A stretch of 64,000 bases of DNA from the human T2T-CHM13v2.0 reference genome, Homo sapiens, in the NCBI RefSeq assembly GCF_009914755.1, contig NC_060933.1; one strand, 5' to 3'. Below, piece after piece: positions 39,804-61,443 of this stretch; position 1 is the first letter of the stretch, and each line of letters begins with the position of its first letter. A program made the position numbers and the translations under genes. The notes under the pieces are model-generated. The model did no database searches. It had not been told where the DNA came from and was given only the letters and a program-made list of their open reading frames with translations.

Positions 39804-40986
39804 TGACTTGGGCTCAGTTATAAACAAGAAGTTTTGTCATTTAACATGCTCTGATTTCATAACACCAATCATGAGAACCTAGCAAGTCTTTGTTTCTTCT
39901 GTTTGATCACAATTAGCTACTGTGCTAATTGTGGGATGGCTTGTTCACCTCATGGTCCTTGATGGGGTCCTCCCTTCCCAAATCTATGGGCTCCATAAGG
40001 GCATTATATTGAAATCTGGAGGGACAGAGGGAGAGTTTTCCTTTAGAAACTTTCAGAAGTGGACTCCTCTAATTCAGACTCAGTATTTCCTATTCTGTGA
40101 AAAGCACTATTCACCTGCCGGGGACATAGCAATAGAGCAGACAGATTTCTGCTTATGTGGAGCTTACCTTCTAGTTGGGGAGGTAGATCATTATACTACA
40201 AAATATGTAGTATAGCATCAGTTAGGGATACATTTTATGAACAAAATAAAACAGTATTAGAAGATGGAGGTTGCTGGGGAGTCAGACTGGGGGTATTTTA
40301 GATGGGGAGGTTTCAGGACACTCTTTCCCTATCAAAGCATACTCAGTTGTGTCACGCTGAAGTTTATCTTTGCATTGTCTTGAAAAAAAACTAATGGTTT
40401 TTCAAAACAGCCAACAGGGCAAATCTAAGACGAATGTTGAACGCAGTCAATAGAGTGATTTTTTTTTCTGCTCTGCTCACAGAATGAAAGGTTCATCCTC
40501 CCTAGCTCATGACATGCTATCATCATTAGTTTGCACAAGTCTCCCTTTTTTTGTAAATTGTTTTTCCCTTCTTTAATTCTCTGTCCTAAATCACATTTGT
40601 ACAGAATAAGCACCCATTGTTAAGTGTTAAATCTGTTTTTAATTTATCTTTTACGTGTTAAAAATATATATGAGAAACATGTTAATTTTTTGGTATATAT
40701 ATTTTTCATCCCGATCCAGTTACCTACCAATGGATATCAAAGTGGCTTCCATTTCTTGCTACTATAAAAAAACTCTGCAATGAGAATTTTTGTATCAGCA
40801 AAATGTTGTCACAATTTTTTTGCAATTAAAGTTTTTGAGTAAGCATATTCATTCATACCTTGTGAATAGGCATATTACATAGAGATTTTCAAGCATTTTT
40901 AGATATTGGTTATTTATACATTTTTGGCTACCATAAAATCTCTACAGTGAACATATTTGCACCACCAAGATGTTTGAAACAACTTC

Positions 40987-41651
40987 ATTTTATTTTATTT
41001 TATTATTATTTAAGTTTTAGGGTACATGTGCACAATGTGCAAGTTTGTTACATATGTATACATGTGCCATGCTTGTGTGCTGCACCCATTAACTCGTCAT
41101 TTAGCATTAGATATATCTCCTAAAGCTATCCCTCCCCACTGCCCCCACCCCACAACAGTCCCCAGAGTGTGATGTTCCCCTTCCTGTGTCCATGTGTTCT
41201 CATTGTTCAATTCCCACCAATGAGTGAGAATATGCGGTGTTTGGTTTTTTGTTCTTGCGATAGTTTACTGAGAATGATGATTTCCAATTTCATCCATGTC
41301 CCTACAAAGGACATGAACTCATCATTTTTTATGGCTGCATAGTATTCCATGGTGTATATGTGCCACATTTTCTTAATCCAGTCTATCATTGTTGGACATT
41401 TGGGTTGGTTCCAAGTCTTTGCTATTGTGAATAGTGCCGCAATAAACATACGTGTGCATGTGTCTTTATAGCAGCATGATTTATAGTCCTTTGGGTATAT
41501 ACCCAGTAATGGGATGGCTGGGTCAAATGGTATTTCTAGTTCTAGATCCCTGAGGAATCGCCACACTGACTTCCACAATGGTTGAACTAGTTTACAGTCC
41601 CACCAACAGTGTAAAATTGTTCCTATTTCTCCACATCCTCTCCAGCATCTG
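40987..41651 (-). mobile_element. 5'-truncated L1PA3/4-like 3' end (about 665 bp)
   Basis: Encodes the ORF2 end ...HRIFSLIGGN; TSD TGAAACAACTTC at 40975-40986 and 41652-41663. Confidence 0.95.
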
Positions 41652-42580
41652 TGAAACAACTTCTTTACAGCAGTATATTCTTTTACACATTGTGAATGGG
41701 CCTTAATACACCAGAATTTTCACATATTTTTAAATGTTGGCTATTTATATATTGATGTACTAAAAAATTAAATGCTTACATTTTTCTTGTAAGTTACTAA
41801 ACACCTTTAAATCTCAGGTTTTTCATGTATAAAATCGAACACAAATATCCACATTGTCATGAGGATTTAATGAGATAAAGCATTTGAAAGACTTAAAAGA
41901 GGGACAAGGATATTGTAAAAACATTCAGGACAAGCTGTTCCCCAGCCACCTCAGCGTCATCGTCCCTTATCTGATATTCCTGCATGTTCTCAAAACTAAT
42001 TATCTCACATGCTTAAAATATCATATCCCTCACTGTCTCTCAGATTAATTTTATAATATTGCAAGATTTTATAGAAGGAATATTTGCTGATATATTGAGT
42101 GAATCAGTAATTAAAGTCAATAATATTAACAAATATTTATTGAAAATGTATTAGTATTAGGTACATGGTAAGCATCTCACTAAATTCCGTAATAAGGAAT
42201 TAAGAGGCATATGTTATTACTGTTGCCATTTTTACATACAGGAGGCTTAGAGAGGTGAAGTGATCTGTTCAAGGTCAGTAAGGAAGTGAATAATAGTAAA
42301 AATTTGAACCTTAAGCCTCTTCATATTTTGGTAAAGCTATACATATCTTACAATCGTGCATTGGTGCTATGTTTTCCTCACTCTGATAAATTTCTACAGA
42401 ATTACCCTCTTGCCACACAAATACACAACTGACAAACTTTCTTGTCCCATGTTCAGAATCCACTCCTGCAGCTGTAAGGGTGATTACCAATCTTTCTGTG
42501 TGGTACAGATGGTGGGATTTGAAAGCTTGAACACTAATGAGGGACTGGTCACAATCAGGTGGGTAAAACTGGCCATGCAT

Positions 42581-43141
<561 letters not shown>

Positions 43142-43184
43142 CTATCACCTGCTCATAGGCTGATTCCTGATGTTTTATGAAAGG

Positions 43185-43591
43185 TGTATTAGTCTATTCT
43201 TACACTGCTATAAAGAAATACTCCAAACTGGGTAATTTTTAAAGTAAAGAGGTTCAATTGCCTCACAGTTCTGCAGAGTTTACAGGAAGCCTTGCAGTTT
43301 CTGATTCTGGGGAGGCCTCAGGAAACTTTTATTCATGGTGGAAGGCAAAGCCGGAGCAGGCATCTTACATGGCAGGAGCAGAACAGAGGTGGGGGGAGGC
43401 GCTACACACTTTTTAAACAAGTAGATCTTGTGAAAACTCACTCACTAACATGATACTAGCACCAGTGACAGTGCTAAACCATTCATGAGGGATCCGTCCC
43501 CATGATCACCTCCCACTAGGGCCCACCTTCAACACTGGAGATTAAAATGCCACATGACATTTGGGCGGGGACACAGATCCAAACCATATCA
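43185..43591 (-). mobile_element. MST/THE1-type MaLR solo LTR
   Basis: tgtattagtctattcttacactgctataaag ... cagatccaaaccatatca. Confidence 0.9.
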
Positions 43592-44089
43592 AATAGCAAG
43601 TGAGATACCATGTCTGAAAAGCAGTGTGTCAAACACAGATCATTATTTAAAAAGCAGTCATTCATGAAAAGGCTGCCTTGGGAATACAGAATTTAAAAAA
43701 TAGTGGAGATTTGGGTTAAGTGGGTTTGGATGCTCCAGACTGTAGACATGAGGATCACCCATGCTTATCACGGGGAAAAAGGAAGAAGGTTTAGGATATG
43801 AAAATCAGGGAGAATAGTTCTAAAGTACAGGGTGAGTGTATGGGGCTGGGAATGCAATCATTGTTTTGTTTTTTTGGTTTTGGGTTTGGTTTTTTTTTTT
43901 CTACTAATAGGGTTTTGCTGCTCTCAAAGCATGTGGTGTAGAGGGCCTCCAGATCAAGCTCAATGAGTCTAAATGAGTCAGATGGTGGTTATGACTTCTT
44001 AATTCATGAAATATTTGAAACTTTCAGAAAGGAAAGAGAAAGTGCCAAACTGGGTTGGCTAGGTAGGTGGCTAGCTCACTGAAGCTCAC

Positions 44090-44700
44090 CTCTGTATCCA
44101 GCGTTTTTCCTTTGCTTCCATGTGTCTCAAGAAGTGGATCTTCTGCACATCTGTGATTTCCAACTCTGCTTCTTAGCCAAAGCTCAGCTTCCTCATGTTT
44201 CTCCTCTGAACTTCTGGACTAATTAGCAAGGAGGGAAGAACTGAAACACTACTCTAAAGGAATACCACATTTCCCTTTTCTGACCTTAACTCCCTGTTTC
44301 CTTCCTAATCTGTGGTTCCTAACATAATGCTGCCTTTCTCAGCTGCACATCTCAGAAGGCAGGGAGGCCCTGACTCAAGTGGCAAGGACTCTTTTGATTG
44401 TGGAAGCCCAGTGAGCTTTCCATGGGTTTGAGTTCTGCCCTCCTGGCCTCTGTGATCCTTGTTAGGCTGATATAGCTGTGGTGTGCTGACCCCTCAGGGG
44501 AGTTTGTCCTGTGATCTCCCTCAGCAAAGAAAGCAGAATGGAAATAACAGTTAACAGAGCTGACTCCAAGGAGACAGGGACCCCTGAGGCTTCCCATTTA
44601 GATGTTGGGGCTAAACTCAGAGCTTCTTAACTTCACTGCAATATCCGAAGGGAATGCTTCTCTTTCCTCAAGTAATGGTTATCAAGAGTGGATAAATATT
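44090..44700 (-). promoter_or_regulatory. Candidate OR1L8 promoter and first exon
   Basis: Non-repetitive island with O/E(EBF)-like sites (44490-44501, 44581-44590), TAATGG at 44673 and a minus-strand donor GAG|GTGAGC at 44090/44089. Confidence 0.35.
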
Positions 44701-44734
44701 TATGTGAGTGAATATTTTTATGTTTAGGAATGTT

Positions 44735-48310
<3,576 letters not shown>

Positions 48311-49300
48311 TCTGATGTATAATTGGGTTTTTAAATGACAATAATTGATTCTGGGTGGAGGCAGGAAAAGGAGATACTTTCTACTGCTGCTAGTAGTGTG
48401 AATACAAAGTGGCATATGCTTCTAGGAAATAAATTGACAGCATGTGTTATAAACATTAAAAATATTTGTTTCTATGACCTAGTCTTTTTTTTAACCTCTA
48501 AAGAAGCATTTAATCTATTCATACACTGGTGCCTTAAATTTAGTCTTTCGGTATAAGCCCATATAGACATAGACAGTGTTAAGCAATTTAGAAAAGTCTC
48601 CAAATTGGGTTGATCCTATTATTGTAGGCAGACTTCAAATTTAAGGGCTTACAATAACTTTACTTAGCCAAAAGTTTTCAGTAGTTTTACACATATGACC
48701 TCCACATACAAAAATCGTTGGGATAGTCTGTGTTTAAATTTAAAAACAGAATTATAAAAGAAGGCAAACACCTCAATAATAAAAAAGTGCAATGAACATG
48801 AACAGGCAATTCACAAAAGAATACAAGGTTCAGTAAGCATGTGAACAAGTAATTAATGAAACTAGCAATAATGAACTATTGGATAAAATAATAAAATAAC
48901 AGTGATACCATTTTTTCACCAATCATATTATCTATCAAAGATTGAAAAGAATCATAATACCTAGTATTAACACTGAGAGTGCAGGTGGAAATGTAAAGTA
49001 TCACAATAACTCTGTAGAGAATTTGACAGTATTTATTTAAATATTTTTCACTTTAAGAAATTTATCCAAAGGAAACAGTTGAAAGTGGTACAAACATATC
49101 TGAAGAAAAATGTTCTCAATTACATTAAGCCATGTACATTCTTGTTTTTGTTCCCCCTCACCTTCATATCATCAGTACCAAATATAGTGTTTGTTTGGCA
49201 TAGAAATTCAATATGTGGTTAATTAATTATTTATATTGTCTATGACCTAGTCTTTCACTTTCAGGAATCTGATCATATAAATACTAAAAACATTGCCAAG

Positions 49301-50382
<1,082 letters not shown>

Positions 50383-52394
50383 AAAAATACTGCCAAGAAT
50401 ATATGTACAAGGATAGTACACGTAAGAGAAACAGAAATCATCCAAGTTTTCATGAATGGGGCTTGGTTAAATTATAATATGTTGATATAATTGACTATTG
50501 TGTGGACTAATTATTTGATAGCATATTTTGAATACAGAATAATAATCTTAATAATTATAAATTTAAATTATAATTTTAACATAAATTTGAAACATTTTAA
50601 TTGAGTTATATTTAAATTTAATTTGAATACATTGTAATTGAATTTTAAAAATTGAATACATTTAAAAATTTTGCACTAACTTTTTAAGGTAATACCTATC
50701 CCTTGTCTGGAGATTGCTTTGGAGATAAAGTCGCTCTTTCTCTCCTTTAAGAGAGAATTGAAGTCATTTCCTTGTACTGGAGCAAAAGGCAGCTAGGAAA
50801 TTTCAGGTTGTCAACTAATAGCTGCTGGATGAGGTTCTTATACATTCTATTACAAAGGGTATAAGTGAGGGCTTCTTAGAGAATACTAAGTACTTCAAAA
50901 AGAGAATTCTTCCTTTTTAATTAGATATTAGTTGTGATGTTTACATTTGAGACTGAAGGAGTTTTCTGTCTATATACATAAGCATAAGGGGTATGGTGTC
51001 ATAATTATTTCAGGATTAAGTCTACATTTTATTATCTGTTGTATTAGTCAAGATTTGTGTAGGGAAGAAGAAATTGTCATTGATGTTTTAAGCAGAAATG
51101 AAGTAAATAAAATACTGAAATATTTTATTTACCAGGAAATTGAGTGCTTACAAAGTCATTGGAAATGTTATAGAATCACAGGCTCTAGGATGAGTCTCTA
51201 GGAATAAACTTAAGCGCAATAATAATCTGACCCACCTAAAGTACTTCTCTTACCCAATTAGGAAGGAGGAGAATCAGAAGGTCGCCATTGAAACTATTGA
51301 ATTCAAGAGCTTATCGGTGCAACTGCAGCCCAACTATCAGGAATCAGCATCAAAACTACTTCCTGTCTCTCACTAACTGGGTAATTGGTCACAAAAAGTG
51401 GACTTCAGCTGCCGCTCCTAAAGCAAATGCCTGTCAGCAATAATGTACCTAGTAACTGGACAATGAAAATCTGCTGCAGAAAAAAAAAATGTTCCAAGAA
51501 TATTTCTGACAGTAGAAAAAGCAAAAACATAGGACACCTTCCACGTCATTTCAATATTTTAAATTTCATATAAGTGCACCCAACTAATTCATATTGAGGA
51601 CTCTAACTGTAAAGAATTCTAGGAAATGTATTCTTTTTATTTCTAGCCTTCGACGTACAGGATGGCACACTAGAATGCGGTCAGAATGAATGCCGAGTGC
51701 CAATGATCATTTACAAATAAAACCATTGAATAATAACCTTTCTGTTTCCCTTAGTTGATAGGTCTAATCTGTAATAATGTAAGTTTCCATATGGTCAAAG
51801 CAGAGGAACACCAGTGCTAAGGTATTTAGTACAGTCTGCATTTTTCAGGGCATATGACTCATGCTGAAGATCGTAACAATGCCAAGAAGACACAAGAATA
51901 TGAGAAAGGAATTCCTAGAAAAAAGGCAAAGGTTTCAATGACTAAGCTAATTTTTTCTAAGTCTACTGATAACATACTCCCTACCCCATCCTCCATTAAT
52001 AAAAGAATGGTTGTTGTATTGTATTATGAGGGAATTAAAAGTGTGATAAGACTGTGCTGGTGTCAGGGTATGTTTGTGTTGTATTTGTTTTTTGTTTTGG
52101 GGTTGTTAAAAAATATACTTTTGTTCTAGGCTGAAGCTACTACACTGTGGATCAATAAAACTACTAAAAAGTGTCCCAAGTAACTACTATAATGGTAATT
52201 TGCTTTCTTTTAGTAATAAGAACACACCACAGCACAGCTACAATAAAATAAGGTCCTAGAATGAGCAATAGGCCTTTATTTATAAAATTAAGCAATACTC
52301 AGTGTCTCTCTAAGGCCAGCTCTAAAAAGAATTCGACTGAATATTAAATATAATTATAATGGTTTATATTTATTTCATAATAGTGACAAATATG

Positions 52395-52814
<420 letters not shown>

Positions 52815-52930
52815 TTAGGCAAACTAAATGCATAGAACACATTTTCATTTCAAAACTCCTAGATATATCTACTTCCTTGTAAGAAAAATAAAATTTAGAA
52901 GTCTAGAAATACCAAGAAAATGTGAATTCA

Positions 52931-53253
<323 letters not shown>

Positions 53254-53742
53254 AAATAAAGACAGAACTTTATTTCTTAAAGCTTCACAAGAAACAAGAG
53301 ACAAAGCACGGTGTCAAAGCATGGGGAGGAGATCATGGTATTGGAGACCTTTCCCTAAAGCTAGGACCACTGAAGGACTAAGCTCATAGTGTAAGAATTA
53401 TTTTTTTTAAGTCTAATTTATTTTTGGAGATAGCAAGAAAAAGCAAATTTCTTTTTCTGCGTTTTTGACTTAACCATATTTTTTAAAACTTCTGAGAAGT
53501 GTTGCGTTTTTGACAAGGATATATTTTTAAACTTCTGAGAAGTATCAACGTCTAATGAAAGATTGAGAATACACTCAAACTGCATCCATGGCTTAAAAAT
53601 AATAAACTAAGAAGAATTTGGTTTACGTTGGAATTAGGTAAAAGTAAACAAAAATCCTTTCTGGAAAATGGTTTAAGCCCAGACTTCAAAGACTTTCTAG
53701 AGATAAAGTTCCAAAATTTATGAGTTTAAAAAATACAAACAA

Positions 53743-54033
53743 GGCTCGGCGCAGTGGCTCACGCTTATAATCCCAGCACTCTGGGAAGCCTAGGCAAGAG
53801 GATCACTTGAGTTCGGGAGTTTGGGGCCAGCATGGGCAACATAGCAAGATCTTATCTCTGCACAAAATTAAAAAAAAAATTAGCTGGGCATAGTAGTACA
53901 CACCTGTAGTCCCAGCTATGCAGGAGGCTGACATGGAAGGATCACTTGAGCCCAGGAGTTTGAGGCTACAGTAAGCTACACCCCATTGCACTACAGCTGG
54001 GTTGACAGAGTGAGACCCTGTCTCTTAAAAAAA
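53743..54033 (+). mobile_element. AluJ-like
   Basis: ggatcacttgagcccaggagtttgaggctacagt, a J-type right arm. Confidence 0.9.
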
Positions 54034-54735
54034 GTTATTTTTTTAAGTTAAAGGAAAAAAAGACATAATGAGCAAGAGTTAGCAGAAATAACAACAGAAT
54101 GAGACTAAAAAAGTTAGTAGCCACAATTTAAAAATAATCAGGAGTACATATATATGAGAACAAAATAAAAATCTCTAGAAATAAAAGTGTAATTAAAATG
54201 AAAACTAAAAGCAGCTCAACAGCAATTTAGATACAGCTCAAAAGAGAATTAAATAAAAAATAGAGCTAAATCATATAGATTATAGCAGAGAGAGAATATA
54301 AAAGAATAAGGAAATGGGATTATTTTATTATATTATTTTAACATAATATAATCAGAGACTCAATAAACAGGAATAGCAATACGTTTTGATGTGTAAATTT
54401 ATAAATACTTTCCAAAAGAGGCAAAAGACCAATGTTCAGGAAAACTTCCATGTGGGACAACATGGAGTAAACAATAAATGGATACGCCCCTATTCACTCT
54501 AGTCTGATTTTGCAAAACAATCAGGCAAATCCCAACTGAGAGACATTCTATAAAATATTTCATCAATATTCCTTAAAACTGTCAGGGTCATCAAACAAAA
54601 AAAAAAACAGTAAAATATGAGAAACTCACAGTCAAGAGAAGCCGAAGGAGACAGGATGACTGAATATAATATAATATCCTCGATGGGATCCTGGAACACA
54701 AAAAAAGGATATTAGATTTTAAAAGTAAGGAAATA

Positions 54736-55037
<302 letters not shown>

Positions 55038-55229
55038 AAAAGTAAGGAACTAGGAATAAAGTGTGAACATTAGTTAGTAAATAAATAAACATCAGGAAAG
55101 CCAGACAAAATGTACAAAGCAAGTGATTTTAGATATTGAAAAAGGTAGCATGGGGAGATAGAATTTTCAGAATTGAAGTGTAAGGACTTCAGAAAATCTG
55201 CTCCTAAAAAAAGCAACAACAAAAGCTAG

Positions 55230-55340
55230 CATGTAATCCAGCACTCTAGGAGGCTGAGGTGGGAGGCTCACTTGAGCCCTGTAGTTTGAGACCAACCTGG
55301 GCCACAAAGTGAGACCCCATATCTAGTTAAAAAAAAAATA
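55230..55340 (+). mobile_element. Alu left-monomer (FLAM-like) fragment
   Basis: tgtaatccagcactctaggaggctgaggtgggagg ... gagaccccatatct plus an A run. Confidence 0.7.
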
Positions 55341-55746
55341 CCTGGCAAATGTAGCCAGAAAGATAGAAACTGTTTCTGAGGTAGTCCAGATGTTGGAATT
55401 ACTAAACAAAGACTTTAAATCAGCTATGTAAATATATTTATAATAGGTAGTAAAATATATATTCATAAGTTATAGAAATCAATGTAATACACCATATTAA
55501 GAATAAAAATGTAAAAAACCATATGATCATCTTGATAGGTGAAGAAAAAGCATCAAACAAACTTCAACACCCTTTCATGATAAAACACTTAACAAGCCGG
55601 GAAAGCTTGAAAACTTTTTTAACCTGATAAAAGGCGTCTATGAAAACCTCACAGCTAACATCATACTCTAGGGTGAAATACTGAGTGCTTTCCTCCTAAG
55701 ATCAAGAACTAGATAAAGATGACAGTACTTGCCACTTCTAGTCAAC

Positions 55747-55825
55747 TGTGATGGTTAATAGTGAGTGTCAACGTGATTGGATTAAAGGATGCACAGTATT
55801 GCTCCTGGGTTTGTCTGTGAGGGTA
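55747..55825 (+). mobile_element. MLT2A-like LTR 5' end only (about 80 bp)
   Basis: tgtgatggttaatagtgagtgtcaacgtgattggattaaaggatgc, then an abrupt join to L1M 3' sequence. Confidence 0.75.
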
Positions 55826-55864
55826 CTGATTCATGCTACAACATGGACAGACCTTGAAAACATG

Positions 55865-56150
55865 GGCTGGGCATGGTTGCTCATGCCTGTAATCCCAGTA
55901 CTTTGGGAGGCGGGGGTGGGGGGTCGGATCTTTTGAGGCCAGGAGCTCGAGACCAGCCTGGCCAACATAGTGAAACGCCATCTCTACTAAAAATACAAAA
56001 ATTAGCTGGGCGTGGAGATGCACACCTGCACTTCCAGCTCCTAGGGAAGCTGAGGCATGAGAATTGCTTGAATCCAGGAGGTGGAGGTTGCAGTGAGCCA
56101 AGATTGCACGAATGCACTACAGCCTTGGTGACAGAGCAAGACTGTCTAAA

Positions 56151-56212
<62 letters not shown>

Positions 56213-56238
56213 GTATATAATGTGTGTATATATATACA
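55865..56238 (+). mobile_element. AluS whose tail has become a (TA)n(TG)n microsatellite
   Basis: Alu body 55865-56147; TA/TG repeats 56150-56238. Confidence 0.92.
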
Positions 56239-56707
56239 ACATTATGCAAAATGAAAGAAGCTAGTATAAAAGGGCCACATTATATGATTCCATTTACATG
56301 ACATGTCTATAAGAGGCAAATCCATAGGGAAAGAAAGTAGATGGGTTGTTCCTAGGGGTTGGGGACAAGGTAGAATAATGACTTACTGCTAATGGGTACT
56401 AGATTTTGGGTTATGAAAATGTTTCAAAATGAGATAGTTGGGAGAATTTTACGACTCTGAATTAAATTTACTGAATTTACTGAAATTACACTGAATTTTA
56501 TGGTATAGGAATTATATGAACAAAGCTATTTTTAAAAGGCTATGCAAAACAGCTATCCTCAACAAGGTTGGAAACTTAGGGATGATCTTTCTTATTTTCA
56601 GTCCTACTATCTGGAGAGCATTTCCAGGCTTCACTGTAGAAAGGAAAAATCAAAAATATTCCAGCAAACTCTTTTAGTTGAGGAGACAATGTTTGAAGAC
56701 CAGGGAA

Positions 56708-56807
56708 GCCTCAGCTTCCCTAGTAGCTGGGACTGCAGGTGTGCACCACCACGCCCAGCTAATTTTTGTATTTTTAGTGGAGACCGCGTTTCACCATGTT
56801 GGCCAGG
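56708..56807 (-). mobile_element. 100-bp internal Alu fragment without tail
   Basis: Spans the Alu linker; bracketed by the direct repeat CCAGGGAAGCC at 56700-56710 and 56803-56813. Confidence 0.9.
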
Positions 56808-57359
56808 GAAGCCAAGAAAGCTAGAATTCTTGGGACAATACCAGAAAAAAGGAAATTGTGCAGAGAGAAATATCAGATATTTTCTGGTGGGCTTTCTTGG
56901 GCCTTTGACTGGGTTTAGATCTGAACATGTGTGTGAATAAACTACCTGAGGCTGGAGAAAGTATCACTAGAAAAGGCTGGGTGGAACATTCATTTTGATG
57001 TACCTCTAGTAGTTTCCAGCACCACGGGGAAGGTAAATGGGAGTGACTGCTAATGGGTGCAGGGTTAGTTTTTATGGTAATGAAAATATTCTAATGCTAA
57101 ACAGTTGTGATGGGTGCACAATTCTGGGACTATACTAAAAACAACTAAATGGAACACTTTTTAAAGTGTTATACTGTTATAAAGTAAATTTTATTGTATG
57201 TGAATTATATGTTAATAAATTTATTTTAAATTCATAAAAAATTTCCTAGGTTTTCTTCTAGGATTTTTATAGTTTCAGGTATTACATTTAGGTCTTTAAT
57301 CCATCTTGAGTTAATTTTTGTACAAAGTGAGAGATAGGAGTCCAGTTTCAATCAATGGA

Positions 57360-59385
<2,026 letters not shown>

Positions 59386-59654
59386 TGAGAAGAAGAGGAC
59401 AAATTTTCAGATCCATCAAGCAAATGATCCCAAATAGCTTATATGAGGGAAATTTACATCTAAACACATTATAATGCAAATGAGGAAAATAAATATATAA
59501 AAAGCTAAAAGCAGCAAAAGAGAAAAGTAATTGTATGCAAAGGATCATTATTAAACTGGCAAACATCTCCTAATCACCAGCAATGGAAGTCATAATACAG
59601 TTGAATAATATCTTCAAAGACTAAGAGAAAATAATTTTCAACTTAGGATTGTAA

Positions 59655-59964
<310 letters not shown>

Positions 59965-60689
59965 GAAATTTGTTTAAGGTTAAGAGTGAAATGAAAATAT
60001 TATTAGAAAAATGTAAGAGAAAACCAACACCAGGCTTTTCTAAATGAAGTCCTTCAGTAAAGGGAGAATAGTCCAAGAAGAAAGAATTGAGAATAGTTAA
60101 AGCCTGCAAATAACTGTATTTTTTTTTACAAAGAAGATAAAAGTATTGACTAACCTTAAAATGTAAGTTGAATATGAGTAATAAATCTTCCATGTAAATA
60201 AAAATTAAAATACCTATTTTACAAAAACTGCCAAACCTACCAAAAGAAAACAAATTTAAAAAGAGAAAATTTGATCAATCCAAAAAAAGGAAAGCAGAAA
60301 ATAAGTGAAACATGGAAAATGAAAAAATTAAAAAGTTCACATATTACAATATGAATATATCAACAATCAAGTAAAATACAAAAGAACCAAAATCCCTAGT
60401 TAAAGATGGACATTTAACTTTCTTGGCTGTGGCAATTATTTTACTATATAGATGTATATCAAAACATCACATTGTAAACCTTAAATAAATGCAATTTTGT
60501 TTTAAAACTATGGCCTGGATTCTTAAAAATTTAGAATTTTGCAATTAGTTATATTTTGACTCACTCTATAGACTAATTATCAAAGGTGATGACATCTTAA
60601 AGCACACTTTGATATACCTATAGTAGCTTTCCTTTGGTTAATATTTGCATGGCATATCCTTTTACTATCAAATTTTCTGTGCTTTTATG

Positions 60690-60779
60690 AAGTTCTCAAA
60701 TTTTGAGATGTGTATTTTTATATATCTTTTATGTATCTAAAAGATATATAAAAATACACATCTCAAAATTTGAGAACTT
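60690..60779. repeat. Perfect inverted repeat, 42-bp arms with a 6-nt spacer
   Basis: 60690-60731 is the exact reverse complement of 60738-60779 (checked base by base). Confidence 0.97.
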
Positions 60780-61443
60780 TTATGTATATAAAAGACATAT
60801 AAATATCTTTCATATATCTATGTATATGAAAGGTATATAAAAGATATATGAAAGATATATCTTTTATGTCTTTCATATACCTATGTATAAATGTTTTCAT
60901 ATTTCTCTTATGATTGATTATTTGGCCCAAGACTTTTTTATGTGTCCACTTTAATTTTCAAATATATGGAAATTTGATTATCTTTTATAATTGATTTCTA
61001 ACTGAATTACATTGTGACCAAAGAATGTGATCTGTATGATCTTAATGTAATCTTTGAATCTTTCTTATAAGCTAATATATCATCCATTTTTATAATTGTT
61101 TAATCTGGGAGTGACTATTCCTATGATTTTGGAGGAAGTGCTCTTGATATATTTCATTAGATCAAATATGTTAATTATATTATTAAACCTGCTATGTTGT
61201 CTTGTTGCCTAATTAAACCCCAATACAGTTGGAAATTAAAATCAAATCTATTAAAAAACACTTAGGTTTTCCAAATGGATATTCAACTGGCCCAGCAATT
61301 CCAAGTAAAATCCTGCCAGTATCTCTGTGTACCTGCATGCACATGTGCATGTATGCAGGCGTGTTTGTGTGTGTGTATGTGTATGTGTGTGTCAGAGAGA
61401 GAGAACTGACAAAACTACTTTTTTTAAATTGAAAAACAGGCTG

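Noticed and set aside
39804-39827. 8-aa N-terminal extension of OR1L8 in the ORF track
   Set aside because: Begins at a non-ATG codon; the first ATG is at 39803.
50520-50680. AT-rich stretch with recurring ttgaatacatt words
   Set aside because: Low complexity with no consistent period or clean symmetry.
51040-51700. Possible unique regulatory island
   Set aside because: Begins tgtattagtcaagat and has MLT1-like motifs; probably an old MaLR LTR, too decayed to call.
61330-61405. Alternating purine-pyrimidine tract as a Z-DNA element
   Set aside because: Interrupted simple repeat with no supporting context.
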